This document shows positions 44,301 through 61,543 of a stretch of DNA of 64,000 nt, in pieces. A program made the translations under genes and the position numbers. The notes below the pieces were generated by a model that saw nothing but the letters and a program-made list of their open reading frames with translations, was not told where the DNA came from and did not search any database. This DNA is from Rhizophagus irregularis. Taxonomy: Eukaryota. The DNA lies in contig NC_089431.1 in NCBI RefSeq assembly GCF_026210795.1, positions 2,604,001-2,668,000 on the forward strand, read 5' to 3'. Positions within the stretch are counted from its first letter, which is position 1. Each line of letters begins with the position of its first letter.

Positions 44301-44869
44301 CTTCATCATCATCATCAACAACAGAATCAGTAAGACAAGAAAGCCGTAATGTCGAATACAATGCATATGATCCCGCGCGTCGTTCGGCTTATACCGAACC
44401 TCCTGGTAATTCAAGCGTTTCTTCAAATCCCGGTTCAGCATCAACATCACAAGCATCGTCATATTCAGGTATGCCAGTTATCACAACGGCATCTCGAACT
44501 CTGCCTCCTCCTTTATTACATATGGCGAGTTCTAGTGGTGGTAACTCAATTCCTCCATATCATCCAGCCACGTCCACTTCTTCATTACATAATACTTCGA
44601 CTTCAAGTTCACAGCAGTTAAAATCACCACCACGAACACAAACATCTCAGTCATCTTTTGATCATTCACAATCATATTCACAAAACCGAGGATCTTATGG
44701 TTCAGATCACGGTAACGGAGGTAACAGTAGCAAGAATAATGGCGTAAGTTCAAACTTGAGTAGTGGTAATAATGAAAAGATAACATCGCCACGATATCCT
44801 CCAAGGCGACAAGGTGATGTGGAAGGTGAGAGGAAAAATGAAAGTGTTGGTGGTGGTGATAAATATTGA
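41400..44869 (+). CDS. Velvet-domain regulator (VosA-like) with long Pro/Tyr/His-rich C-terminal region
   Basis: YELILRQQPKQSRMCGIGEK-ADRRPIDPPPIIQL, FLQNPYFFMYASL, GSVVSSLYHLKD, GFFVFPDLSVRMEGTYRLKLSLFEI and [31 protein letters not shown]. Confidence 0.92.
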
Positions 44870-45748
44870 TCCCGGTATTAAGTACACGCGAAAAGAAGAT
44901 GAGCGGTATTTCATAAAGTATGCTCTTAATTACCGGGAGTGAATGTGTTTTTTTTTATTTTTACCTTTTATTTTTTTTTTTATTTTTTTTTTATTTTTTT
45001 TTTTTTGAGAATATTTAATTCTCTCTTCCTGTATTGTAAACAAAGACATTTAAAGATGTTGGCTTATTTGTAGATTTCGGATATCATAAAAAACATAATG
45101 GACTTCAACCGCAAAGCAACTTTTACGCAACAGTTTTCTCTCAATGAAATTCAGGTTTTACCTTGAACTCTTGAACCTTTGATCGTGGATTAAAAACGTT
45201 TGAAAGATTATTCTTTCGTACAGTCAGTCATTTATTATTTAGACAATTTAAAACTCAAAACCTCAAAACCGCATACAAATTTAACAAAAATACATATATA
45301 GTTTTTTTTTGACATCCTGTACATTCTTTATTCTTTCTTTGCATGGTCTATATATACAAAAATTATACATTATACTTGGGTAGTGATTTTTCGGCAAAAA
45401 TACTATTTTCCTAATTAAATAATGTGAAAAATTCACTTGGGGAAATGGGAAAATAAAAAAAATCTTTTTAAATTACATACTTTTTAATAATAGGGGGGTT
45501 TTTTTTATTTATTTTGTTTTTTTTATTCCTTTCCTTTTTTTCTTGTAACTTCTTTGTGTATAAATTCTTTTTTTAAAAAAAATAATTTTTTCCTTTTTCA
45601 TTTTTCATTTCAGTTGTAAAATTAAAGTTAAAGGATAAAAATTATATAAATATATATATATAAAGTAAATAAAAAAAAATACTCTTAAATTTACAATTTA
45701 GTCCCTGTGCATAAATTAAACTATAAGTTATCTTTTTGGTTTTTTTTT

Positions 45749-46431
45749 TTATTTAAAAACAGGTTTTTCTTTAAGATGAATTGGAGGTTTTCCTTGAGGA
45801 GTTCCAGGAATAATTTTTTCCAAATTCTGCAATATAAAATTATTTTTTTATTTATTTATTTTTTTTTTAAAAAAAAATAAAAATTATAAAACTTATTAGA
45901 AAAAGTAAATAAAGATGATTTACCAACGCGTTAAAAACACAAGTATTAAATGTTCTTTCTTGTGGTCTACATTGATGATATTCTTGATTACTTCTATCTA
46001 AACATTGCCAATGAGCATCAAATTCTTTACCACAGTTTTCACGTAATTTACGAAGCCTAAAATAAATGAAAATAGAAATAGAAATAATAATAATTGTAAA
46101 ATTATGTATAGTATCCTATCGACATTATGTCAAAGGTAAATTCTCGCCTTTGTTTTTTTTTTAAATTATCTACTTACAATTCAATAGTACATCTTGTAAC
46201 TTTTCTACCTTCCTTTAAACAATGTTTTGGATCATTATTTTCATTTTTACAAAGCATAAAATCATCATTAAAATCCTTACAATAAGCACCAATAAAAAAA
46301 GAAGCGGATTTTAAAGGGGCCGAAGTTGCCCCAACTTCCTCTACTTTTGGTATATCATCTGGTAAAGGTGTTTCATCTTTAAAGGGTACATTTGAAAGAA
46401 AAGGGTGTCGATCTGTTGCATTTGTAGTCAT
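45749..46431 (-). CDS. NDUFA8: NADH:ubiquinone oxidoreductase subunit NDUFA8 (NUPM)
   Basis: EVGATSAPLKSASFFIGAYCKDFNDDFMLCK..DPKHCLKEGRKVTRC with CX9C motifs; 3 exons. Confidence 0.95.
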
Positions 46432-46545
46432 TATATTAATTAATTAAAAAAAAAAAAAAAGCGCAAAGAGAAAAGATTCGAAAAAATTTTTATACCAAAT
46501 TTATTAGCTTTTGTGTAACTGATCTTCAAAAATTCTAGATAATCA

Positions 46546-48009
46546 TTACAAAGTTTGAAATTTATACTCTTTATTTTCAAATAATTTTATAATGCTATTA
46601 TAAGATTTCTTATCAAATGAATCCCATCTTTTTAAATTATTATGTGAAATAACTTCTAATTCAATACTAACAATAATATCAGAAGTTTCTTTATCAAATG
46701 AAATTTTATTTTCAATCATTTCATTTAATAAATTTTCGATACCTTTTAAATCTTTCCAAAATTCCCATCTAATTAATAAAATTTGATTATATACTTTAGT
46801 AGTACAACCTAATTGATAAGATAATGAACCTCTTCTTTTCACTTGTTCAAATATTGATAAAGCTAAATAAGGATCTTTAAATTTTTTACATGCTAAAATT
46901 GATTGTTTTAATAAATTTGCATACTTGAAAGGAAATAATCTATTAAAATCATCTACTACAAGTTTTGAATTAGTAGAATTAAAAGTATCAGAAGAAGAAG
47001 AAGATTTTTTATTATTATCATCATTTTCAATTCCAAAAATATGTTTTGTAACAAAATCTTGTAATTGTTTCTTTGTTTCACATTTTAATAATAATTCATC
47101 ATTTATTTTAATTGATGATGAGTCTGTTTCGTTAAATAAATTTGTTAATGATGATGATGATGTTGTAATATTCGAATCATTTGGTATTGAATCAAAATGT
47201 TCTTTAATCCATTTATTTTCTTTTTCTTTTACTTTTTCTTTTTCTTTTTCTTTTTCTTGTTCTTGTTTTAATTTTCGTTCTCCATTTCGATTCATTAAAT
47301 CAATTAAATGTTTTTCAATAGTTAATAATTTTTGTCGAGATTTTGATTTTTCTTTTTCTTTTAATTTCGAATTTTTCATCTGTTCATTAGTTTTATTATC
47401 AAGAAGTGAACGAAAAATTTTACGAAAAGCATCACCATCTTTTTCATAAGAAATAAATTGGTTTTGATCATTTCGATTGAAATTTGATTGTTGTTTTATA
47501 GATGAAATTGATGTAGGTAGTTCTCGTTTTTTATTAACTTTATAATTATCATAATTATTATTATTATTATTATCATTATTATTATTATTATTATTATTAT
47601 CATCATCATCATTTTTATTATGATCCTCTTTTTCTTCAACTACGACTTCAAATAAGAATTTCCATTCATCGGATGTTTCATTATCTGGTTCAGAATGATT
47701 CTGTTGATTCATTAAATTATCATCATCAATTGTTAATGTATTCTCAGTTTCTAATTGACGATATTCTTCTATCTCTATATTATCAGGTAAAACTCGAGCT
47801 GAAGTACTAGCAGTAATATATCCTCTTTTTTTGTTCAATATTGTTGTACGAAATATAACTTTTAATATATTTCCTATAATATTTTATATTAAAAAAAAAA
47901 AAGAAAAAGAAAACACTAAACTTTAATATAAATGTATAATAATTATATAAGGTTTAAAAAAAAAATTAATTATACCTGAATGATGCTTTCTAATTATTTG
48001 TTGAAACAT
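46546..48009 (-). CDS. Mtf2/Nam1-like mitochondrial RNA factor
   Basis: C-terminal DPYLALSIFEQVKRRGSLSYQLGCTTKVYNQILLIRWEFWKDL..LLNEM resembles the Mtf2-family signature. A short first exon MFQQIIRKHHS splices in frame; presequence-like N-terminus. Confidence 0.7.
47553..47611 (-). repeat. Coding (AAT)n/(GAT)n microsatellite encoding poly-Asp/Asn
   Basis: Encodes DDDDNNNNNNNNDNNNNNN in the Mtf2-like ORF. Confidence 0.9.
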
Positions 48010-48681
48010 AATTTATATAAGAATATAAAAGAAATCGAGAAAAAAAGTTTGAGTGATTTGTGATAATCAATCGATATCATACATGTATTATGTATACTTA
48101 ATTTATCACGTTATCTTTTTATCATTATTGTGTATCCAATTAGGCAAGACCTTTTAATTACTGAATCTTAGAGTATTTAAAATTTTTAAGTAAAAAAAAA
48201 ATGATGATTTGATTATTATAATTTATTTTAAATTTCATCCCAAAACATTACAGGATATACAACGGGATATTTGAATAATAATGATAAATAATAATTGTTT
48301 ACTTTATACTAATTGACATATTTTGTTATTATGTAGAAAAAAACCACCACTTCTAGATAACTAATATAAATACAATTAAAAATATTCCCCCTATAATATA
48401 GTTCCCATTAAATTATATATAAGAATTTTTTTTTTTTATAAAAAAAAAAAAATAATAAATCTTAAGTTCTTAATATACATGAAAAGATAAAAGTATATAA
48501 TAATAAAGACCAAATACGCTCTATTAACTAAATAAAAAAAATTTTTTTTTTAATACAAATGCTTATATAAGTGATAGTTCATAAAAAAATATATATAAAA
48601 ATTAATTTAAATAAATTATAAAGAAAAAGATTTACAATCCAAAAAAAAGAATTATTTATAATATGGTTTATCATGATCCAG

Positions 48682-51600
48682 TCATGAGATAACATTTTTA
48701 ACTGTTATTGATAAAGATCGACCTAAGTTGGATGAATGTTTCTTTACTACAACAGCACCGCCAACTAAACCACCTGTACTTGTTGTAGTTACAGAAGACG
48801 AGGCTCCAACATTGGGTGGAGTTCCTCTTGCAAGGACTTTCGGTGTAAGATATCTTATAGCTGCATTATTTCCGCTAGCTTGAACTACATCAAACACAGT
48901 TTTCCCCGATTTTTTCATATCACTAACAACTTCAGCTGCCCAAGCCCCAACACTTTTTGGTGAATTTCGAATTGTAGGCGTTGTTGTTGTTACACCAAGC
49001 ATATCTTCTAAATTATCAAATAAAACATTTTCTACATATGCTCCATTTTGTAATAATAATTCTGCCATTGGAAATAATAACTTTCCTTCATCGTTGGTCA
49101 CCTTTGCAGGATCAATGTGGAGTAATGCTAATAATAATGGGGTTTTCAATCCATGATCATCAGCTACTTCAAATCTGCGAGCTGCATTCACATCTGCCTT
49201 CAACGCGATAGCTTGCATCGCCAAAGGCAAATCATTAGATTTCACTGCATCAAAAAGAATATCTGTAGCACTTTTATCGTCATCAACAAGTGAAAAGTCA
49301 ACAAAGGCCCTATCAACGTATTTGGCAGTAATAAATTTTTGTTTGGTATCACGAGGGTCGGAACTATTTGGCTTTGTCATCCCTTTATACTTTTTAACTG
49401 GTGGCGCGGGCATAGATGTCAACGAAGGAGTAGGTGATGGTGATGGTGATGGTGACAATGACGAACCGCGATTTGACGGTGAAATCATGTTAATAAGATC
49501 TTCCCAATCAGAATCTGTTACAGGTGTGGTTGCATCATCATTTTTTGGTGGTACGGGGGGAGGTTCTTCAATTTTTGGAGGCGGAATTGCCAGTGTACCA
49601 TTTTGTTGACCCGTTTGCCGCTGCTCAAGTGTTGCTTCCCAAATTGCATTAGATCGAGCATTACCAATAGATTTAATTAAATTAATAAGATCAGGCGTAT
49701 ATGAATTCGTATCTAAGGTAAGTGACCTTATTTTAGATATATGTGTTCCCAAGCTACGATGAATTCCTGAGCACTCTATAAATATATAGAAAATATTTCG
49801 TGTTAGAGTATAATAACGAATAGTGCTATTAATTAAAAAAAATTATATCTACCTATACATAATATAATTCCTAAATTAATAGAACACCATTCTGTCTTGC
49901 GAGCTCCACAGTCTGCACAACTTAAATTAGATACATCTGCACCTTTAACACTTTCAAGAATTTTAACGGGTTTTTCATTTTCATTAACCTCTAATTTATT
50001 GTTTTTAGATGCTTCTTCAGATACAGATGATATTTGACCCTTTTTCATATCAACTTTTCTTCTATCTGACAAACTAGGTAATGTTCCTCTTCTCTGTATC
50101 GGTTTCTTTGTAAATAACTTGCCAGCTCCGGTTCCATTTGAATCTTGTGTCATGACTTGATCCAAATTACGACAACTACTTGTTCCATTAAGAAGACTTT
50201 CAATTGCATTAGAGATAACCGTCATCCAAGAAGACATATCTTCAGCTGAAGTTGCCTGATATATACGTCTATATTGGGGTGTAACTACCTCAAAACAAAA
50301 CCGCCTTTCGGTTCCTCTAGCTTCTCTCACCGTAGCGAAACGTAAATTTATTGGTTCATTATGCGTTGCAAATTGTTTTTTCCAATTACTATATTCACAA
50401 AGTTGTCCACCTGCCAAAACACACCAGTATCTATATTTATTTAAATGAAAATTTTATTAAAAAAAAAATTCCATAAAAAAAAAAAGAACTTGCTTACTTA
50501 TGCCAACTTGTCTTCGAGATTGGGTCAACGGTCCCGTGATGTGTTACTCGTGATGTAGCAAACAAAAATCCCTCCTTCTTTCTACCTGCATTTGATGCAG
50601 ATTCTGAATCATGCTGCTCTAAGTCACGAATTCCTTTGAACTTATTTTGCGGTATATTTGGAGAACCAACTGGACTAGCAGCTGTATTCTCTGCATTATC
50701 GCTCGTATTATCACTCGTATTGCTACTATTACCAATATTTGAATCTATGTCACCAAAATTTTCACTTGTAAATGGATTTACCGTTGTAGTGCGAGTTTCG
50801 AGTGTCCTACGCCTTTCTTCTCTTTCTTTTCTCATTAAATGAATCTCTTTTGTCGCTTCGTCAACATCTACAGCTAATTTATCCAATCCTGGTTTTAAGC
50901 TTTGAATATTAAGAGCGGTTTGTTGATAGAATGCAAACTGTTTTTCAGCAAAGTTCGTTAAATGATAAAGAATTTCTTGATCTTTTCGTCCTCCATGTAA
51001 GTCCTGCATAAATGCATAATAATCAAACCTTTTCAATTCAAAAGTTTTACGCTTGCTTTGATATTTAGTATCTGATTCTAATTTCTTTTTTTCTTTTGCA
51101 GAGTCAACTTTTAAAGACAAATACTTGGAAAGAAACTGATAATAATCACGGGATTCATCCTCAAATTCTTTCTTTTTACTATCTGCAACTTTGATGTCAT
51201 TCTCGTATAGCTTACGAAGGGGCTCAATTAAAAGTACAGACATTTGATTCGCAAGGTTTAATTTGGAAGTTGCAATCTTTTTTGATGCTTCTTCAAGATA
51301 ACTATCTAACACAGGTTGAAATGCTTGGGGATGAGCGGCAGCCGCAGCCTTTAAGGTAGATAAAAAAATATCTTCAGTTTTATGACATTCCAAAAGCATT
51401 TCTTGAGAACCAGATGCTGCTTTTAAAACACGCTTAATATGGTGTTTTAATGAACCTGTTTTCTTTTCATATGCAGTCAAAGTTGCACGAAACAATGGTC
51501 CATCTTCAGGTTCATGTTGATACATTAAGTCATCTGAAGAACGACGACCTCCACTAGAAACGGATGATGCCGTTCCTGACGTGTATGAAGACATACCCGG

Positions 51601-52720
51601 TACTGGAAGATATACATTATCAGGGCTTGAAGGTCGGACGCTACGAAAAGACCATGGTGTAGATTGAGACGATGGCAATAGGGATGACGTTCCTGAAAAA
51701 AATGGTATACCGTCAACTGATTCTGAACTCTTTGAAGCTCGATGATTAAGCATTCTCGGTATATCTATAAAAAAATTTCGTTTAAAAGTATTAAATAAAA
51801 GAGTATATTTTTCCTTGAAACTGATCTAAATGATCTACACACCTGCGACCCAAAATGTAAAAGATGCCAATAAAGTAAAATTATTGTCATTTGCATCATA
51901 TTCGGCAAACTAAATGGAATTATTTTTAGCATAATCTATTTATTTATTCGTCAAAACAATTAATAAACTTAAACTTACGCAACAATGGTTTCTCCAACCA
52001 CGATGAATCTCATCCGTATTATGTGGTGGTAACCACTCCCATGTCCACTCTTTCTCTAACTTTACCATTCCGTCTGATTCATAATTTCCTATGAGTGTGA
52101 CATTGGGATGTTTGTGAAGCTTTAAGAGAAATATGAAATAAGTAAGTATATTAGCCGGTCATTAAAACATTTAAATAATTAATCAATCTATTAAAATATC
52201 TCTGATTGATTCTGCTTACATTAGGATCATCGTTGAACTCGACTGTTAATATCCTTGCTAATTCTTTTTCGCTGGCAACATTAATAAATGTGAGGCCTCT
52301 AACATCAGCTTTATTTCCATCGGTCTCTCCAATATTAAATTTAAATTTTAACTTTAGCTTTTTATCTTTTGTCAGTTTAAGTAAAAATTTATTTGTATTT
52401 ATTGTTTGAACGTTAGGGTCTTGAATGAATTCTAAGAGATCTAAGGTGTTTGGGACGGCGGTAATACCATTTTGTGTGATAGGAAATGTTATGTATGGGT
52501 CATGGGCGGAATTTGATACTACGATTTCTGTAACGTGAACTTTAGAAGTCATTGACGCAAGATAAGCAAAAACGTCAATTGTCTTATTTTAAATAGAAGC
52601 CAGTCATGTATCCATTTTACTTTAGTAATAAAGCAATAAGCGACTAAACCACTCACATCGGTTTGAATTCCTCACGTATAAGGTTGGATGTTCGTCCAGG
52701 GAAGAACTTACATTACCCAT
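48682..52720 (-). CDS. BAR-PH-ArfGAP-ankyrin protein (ACAP/centaurin-beta, Csx2/Cnt6-like)
   Basis: MGNVSS N-terminus, EDGPLFRA, BAR (FELKRFDYY..HGGRK), PH (KKEGFLF, RRFCFEVVTP), ArfGAP [38 protein letters not shown] and ANK-like TPL..ELLLQNGA. Confidence 0.92.
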
Positions 52721-53131
52721 GATGGAAGGTGAAATGTGAGTGATACTTTGGTGTTCTTTGGCCCTCCGATTGCCACAAAAATAACGTATACGTTGATAAT
52801 CGAAGGAACTAGGGAAAGAGTTGGCAAATAAGCCGTGGCAAGGGCATATATTTAATAAATAGGTTTTTAATGATAACTTCAAATCTTTAAGTTAAAAGGA
52901 ACGTTTAATGCTTTTAGATTCAATGTTTACTAGTTTAAATTTTGATTTGCATTACAGAATAAACTTGTCCAAATTAAGTTGGCAATAGCCAATCATTCAC
53001 GAAGTTGCGTCAGCGGCAACACATCATTGTGAAACCGGTTTTTTTTGATAAAAAAAAAATTTTCGAGTTTTTTTTTGTTTCACTGCTCGTTTTTGATTTA
53101 TTTGATTTTCTAGCATTTTCCGTAGTCTGCA

Positions 53132-54878
<1,747 letters not shown>

Positions 54879-55292
54879 TTTAATAAATTAAAAACTTTAT
54901 ACTTTATGATTTCTGTATAATAAGCAATGATCTCCATCTCTATAACATCCCATTATCAACTCATAATTATAAAAAAAATTTATTAAGCAGCAAAGAAAAA
55001 AATGTATATTTAAAAGCCATATTTAATTTTGTATTCCCCTATAATATAGACAAACCAGATAAAAATATTTTGCCCAATATCGCCAACACAATCGGGCAAT
55101 TGCAAAATATAGCATTAAAAAAAAGGGGAGTGAAAAAACTGCGATTAAACTAACGATAAAATACACTGCAATTTAAATCTGGACAAACCTATACATATAT
55201 ATATATGTATATATAGAAAAAAGAAGTTAATATATCCTTTTAAACAAACAATTAAACATTACCCGATTTAATCCTGTTAATCGAATCTTTTA

Positions 55293-56751
55293 TTAAGTCT
55301 TCACTTTCTTATTCGGTGATTCTCCGTTCGTCTGAAAAATTTCAATAAATTAATATTTAAATTGTAAGAACACAATTAGTTATAGAAAACCAATATTCAC
55401 ATCATTAATAGAAAAACGTTCGGCTCTTCTTTTCTTTTTTTCTTCTTCGTTAGTTTCGGAATTTGATGATGTTGTTGACGATGGATTGTCTACAGAAGCA
55501 GAATTTGATGACGCATTCTAGAAAAGAATGAACATTTAATTAATGAAGTAAAATGACAATCTTTCGAACTAAAATTTTATTAACTTACCAAACCAAACCT
55601 CTCTGCTCGTTTTCTTTTCTTCTCATCCTCGGCTAATGTATTGGATTTATCAAGTCCAAATCTTTCTGCACGTTTTTTTAATTTTTCATCATCTTCGACA
55701 ATAGACTAAATTTTTTTTTTTTAAAAAAAAAATATTAATATGTTAATTAATTTATAAATGTTTGGTTCATATAACTCACTGATTTTCGGTTTGGAATTCT
55801 CGGTGCTAATACAGATTTAACAAATATAATTTAGTAATATTTATTAAATAATGACTAAAATAAAAATCAATAAATACCTGTAAGAGGAGCGTCCAATGGA
55901 TTAGAAACGGTTGTACCAAATCGAGCTGCTCTCTGTAATTTTTTATCAGCATCAGATAATTTTACTCCAAACCGCTCAGCACGTTTCTTTCGTCGTTCTA
56001 ATTCTGAAGCCAAATCATTTTGATTTTTACTGGGAACTTGGATTATTTGTGCTGCTGCCGTAGGAAGATTGTCAAAAACGATTTTTTTGCACTTAAAGCC
56101 TGATGGTTTTACAATACTATCAGAATTCGATGAGGACGATACTGTTTTAAGAGTTTTAGCCTCATTGGATGAAGGATTCTTTGTTTCAACTGACTGTTTT
56201 GCTTCAACATTAGCAACATCATTGGACCCTCTGGTTGCGTCGATCTCTGTCTTTACTTTTTCGGGTGATAATTCTTTGATTGAAGTTACTGAGAGTGAAG
56301 GTGAAATTGGGGAGATGAGAGTATCAAACTCTCCATCTTTTTGCAAAGTAATGCTAATGACAAATAAGAAAAAATTAACTAAGAAATTATTAAGTAAATA
56401 TGGAATTATTCTGAAATTTACTTACTCTGTAGTTAGGTTTTCCCAATCAAAGTCATTATCAATTCCAGTTGTAATATCCGTTGTTGACATTAGGTTAAGT
56501 TCTTTGTCAAACAAATCATTATTTTGTTCGACTGGATCTTTATTAATGATATTTTCAATACTACTTTTACGAGTAGGGTTAGTATTGCTATTATTTTTAG
56601 AAGTCTGACTTATTGTTTCTACAGGTTTCTTATCTTCAGCTGCTATAAGTCTAGCAACCAACTCTTCTTTTTTACCGGAAACCGGTAGACCTTTCTTTGC
56701 TAATAAATCTTTAAGTTCCTGAACCTTAAGTTGGCGATATGACGTAGACAT
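55293..56751 (-). CDS. THO1: SAP-domain RNP protein (Tho1/SARNP/MOS11)
   Basis: SAP domain YRQLKVQELKDLLAKKGLPVSGKKEELVARL and repeated KRAERFG motifs spread over several exons. Confidence 0.88.
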
Positions 56752-57118
56752 TTTTTTTAGGAAACGCTTGTTAATTCCAATGTCACTATAATAAATTTAT
56801 TATTTTCTAAACAGATTTATGGACCTTTAGAACCACTTATTTTTCTGTTACTGTTATCTCCAAAAAATATATAAAGACAATATTAGCGTTAGTTGCAGGG
56901 ATGCCCTTTTTTTGTTTCATTATGTAATCATGTGACTTAACAAATCAAACTACTATCTGCACTAGATGTTGAAAATACTATTATTAGCATTAAGCCACAG
57001 GTGAGTGCCACACTTAGTTGTTTGAACGCGTGATATATAAAATCAGAAGCCTTAAAACGGATTTTACAAGAGAATATAATTTGAGACTACGATATAAATT
57101 TTTGAATTCACGCGACAA

Positions 57119-59657
<2,539 letters not shown>

Positions 59658-59758
59658 TGACTTAACGTCACGTGTTTGATGATAAATCATGACATCACAT
59701 ACAATATCATAAAGTAGTTTTCTGTTCATTAGATGTAAATCTTTTAAATTTTTTTATC

Positions 59759-60490
59759 ATGTTTATACGATTTTTTCCTCGAAAAGGTCATTATATTTAT
59801 CCATATTGTTGTTACAATGTTTATATCAAATTAAAATATGTTGTTCCCAGTTTGAAAAATACAACATTATCGCCAATTTCACCTACTTCACCAACTTGTT
59901 TACAACGCCAATATCATGTCACGTCAGGAAAATTTATGAGTACACCTTTAGATAATAATATGAAAATTGACCCCAATGATCCTTTAGTTACAAAGATTCG
60001 TTCAGACCCAGAAATCCTTGTATCTATTCAAGAATTTTCTCAGCTCCTTCAAGGAAAAGGAGTAGATATAAGTAGAGGTCAAATGCCTTCTATGTTACAA
60101 ATGGCTAAACTTGCTTCAGACAAAGAAATAAATGCAAAAATTACGAATATTAATACACTACTTAACAGGGCAGGAATTACTTTAGACTCTCAAACTATAC
60201 AAAAATTTATGAATTGGGCTAATTCTGATAAGGCTTCAGAACTTAATGTTTCTCAAAATTCTACTCAAAAAATTCCAAGCCAGGCTACTACTTTGACACC
60301 TAAAGCAGATATTATTGAAAAATCGAAAGAGACAACATCATCTCCTGAAAAGGCAACTTTTAATCAAGTAGAATCAAAGGTGATGGCAGCAGATACTGCA
60401 AAGACGGCAACATCAAAAACGACGAAAGAACAACCAAAAGAGTCAGTTGGATTTATTGCAAGGATCAAATCATGGATATTTAAAACTTAA
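59759..60490 (+). CDS. Hypothetical protein, probably mitochondrial (helical DP/STI1-like core, low-complexity C-terminus)
   Basis: Intact 243-aa single-exon ORF with a basic N-terminus ending RQYH and the core DPLVTKIRSDPEI...PSMLQMAKL. Confidence 0.65.
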   Translation: MFIRFFPRKGHYIYPYCCYNVYIKLKYVVPSLKNTTLSPISPTSPTCLQRQYHVTSGKFMSTPLDNNMKIDPNDPLVTKIRSDPEILVSIQEFSQLLQGKGVDISRGQMPSMLQMAKLASDKEINAKITNINTLLNRAGITLDSQTIQKFMNWANSDKASELNVSQNSTQKIPSQATTLTPKADIIEKSKETTSSPEKATFNQVESKVMAADTAKTATSKTTKEQPKESVGFIARIKSWIFKT

Positions 60491-60637
60491 TGATTTACAC
60501 AAACATTATATTCGATATAAATTATATGTATAAAAAAAACAACTCAAAATAAAATATATCAATCATTATTGTTATTTTATATTTCACAAAATTTTGGAAA
60601 TTACGTGTAACTTGCGTGATGAGATCTTGTCCGTTCT

Positions 60638-61287
60638 TTAATTCTCATTTTTTCTAAATAATCGACTGTCCTCAACCCACGCTGCCCTTGATTTTACGCC
60701 TCCGGTTAATGTAAATGTATTTATGTGCTTTAATAAGGTTTCTATAGTTGATGTATCTAGATTATAATGAGTTGATAATTTCTCTGCTGTAAATTCATTA
60801 GGAGCTTTCTTCCTTTGTTCCAACATTTCTCTTAGTTCATATACAAATATGCGATTTCTTGGGGTTTCCCCCTCAATTTCTTTATCAGCTTTTCTATTTC
60901 TGAGAATTTTTAGCATCTCATCAGACTTTACCTCCATAAAAAAAACATTAGTAAATGGTATTTATATAAATTTGTAAATAATTTTAAAATTCTACAAATT
61001 CTACCTGTTTAAATGGTTCTTTCTCTTTTGGAACATTAACTTGACCAATTATAAACAAATTTTTTAATAAATGGGGATCTTTTCCATCGTCTTCTGTAAC
61101 TAAAGAATAATGAATTTATTTTTCACAAATTATTACCGACTATTTATTTGTATATACCTTTGTTTCTCAATTCTCGTATTATTGTTTCTTTGTTAGCTGA
61201 ATGCGTTTCAAATGCACTTGATTCAACATTTGAAACTATATTTTGTGGTAATTTTCTTGAAATTCGTTTGGAACCTTGGGCTCCCAT
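60638..61287 (-). CDS. NDUFAF4-like complex I assembly factor
   Basis: Three exons: MGAQGSKRISRK..., DGKDPHLLKNL..GQVNV and LREMLEQRKKAPNEFTAEKLSTHYNLD..LLKH, which resemble NDUFAF4 conserved blocks. Confidence 0.6.
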
Positions 61288-61543
61288 TTTATATGAATTA
61301 AAACTGAATTCTTAACTGTTAACTGATTGGTACTAATACCTTAATCTAGATAATCTAGTCATAAAAGGAAAAAATTTATATATAACATAATTTTCAGATC
61401 AATGTACTTATTATTATCCTTCTCTCTAGCAACTTCGGAAATATTGTCGAAAATATAAATCAATTTTTTTCTTCTAAAATATTATCAAATTTCTCGGATT
61501 ATTTTTTTTTTCTTCTGAATAGTAATGGGTCGATGCCTTTACG

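Noticed and set aside
43020..44804. Many alternative-frame and antisense ORFs in the velvet last exon
   Set aside because: By-products of the CCA/CAT/TAT-rich low-complexity coding sequence.
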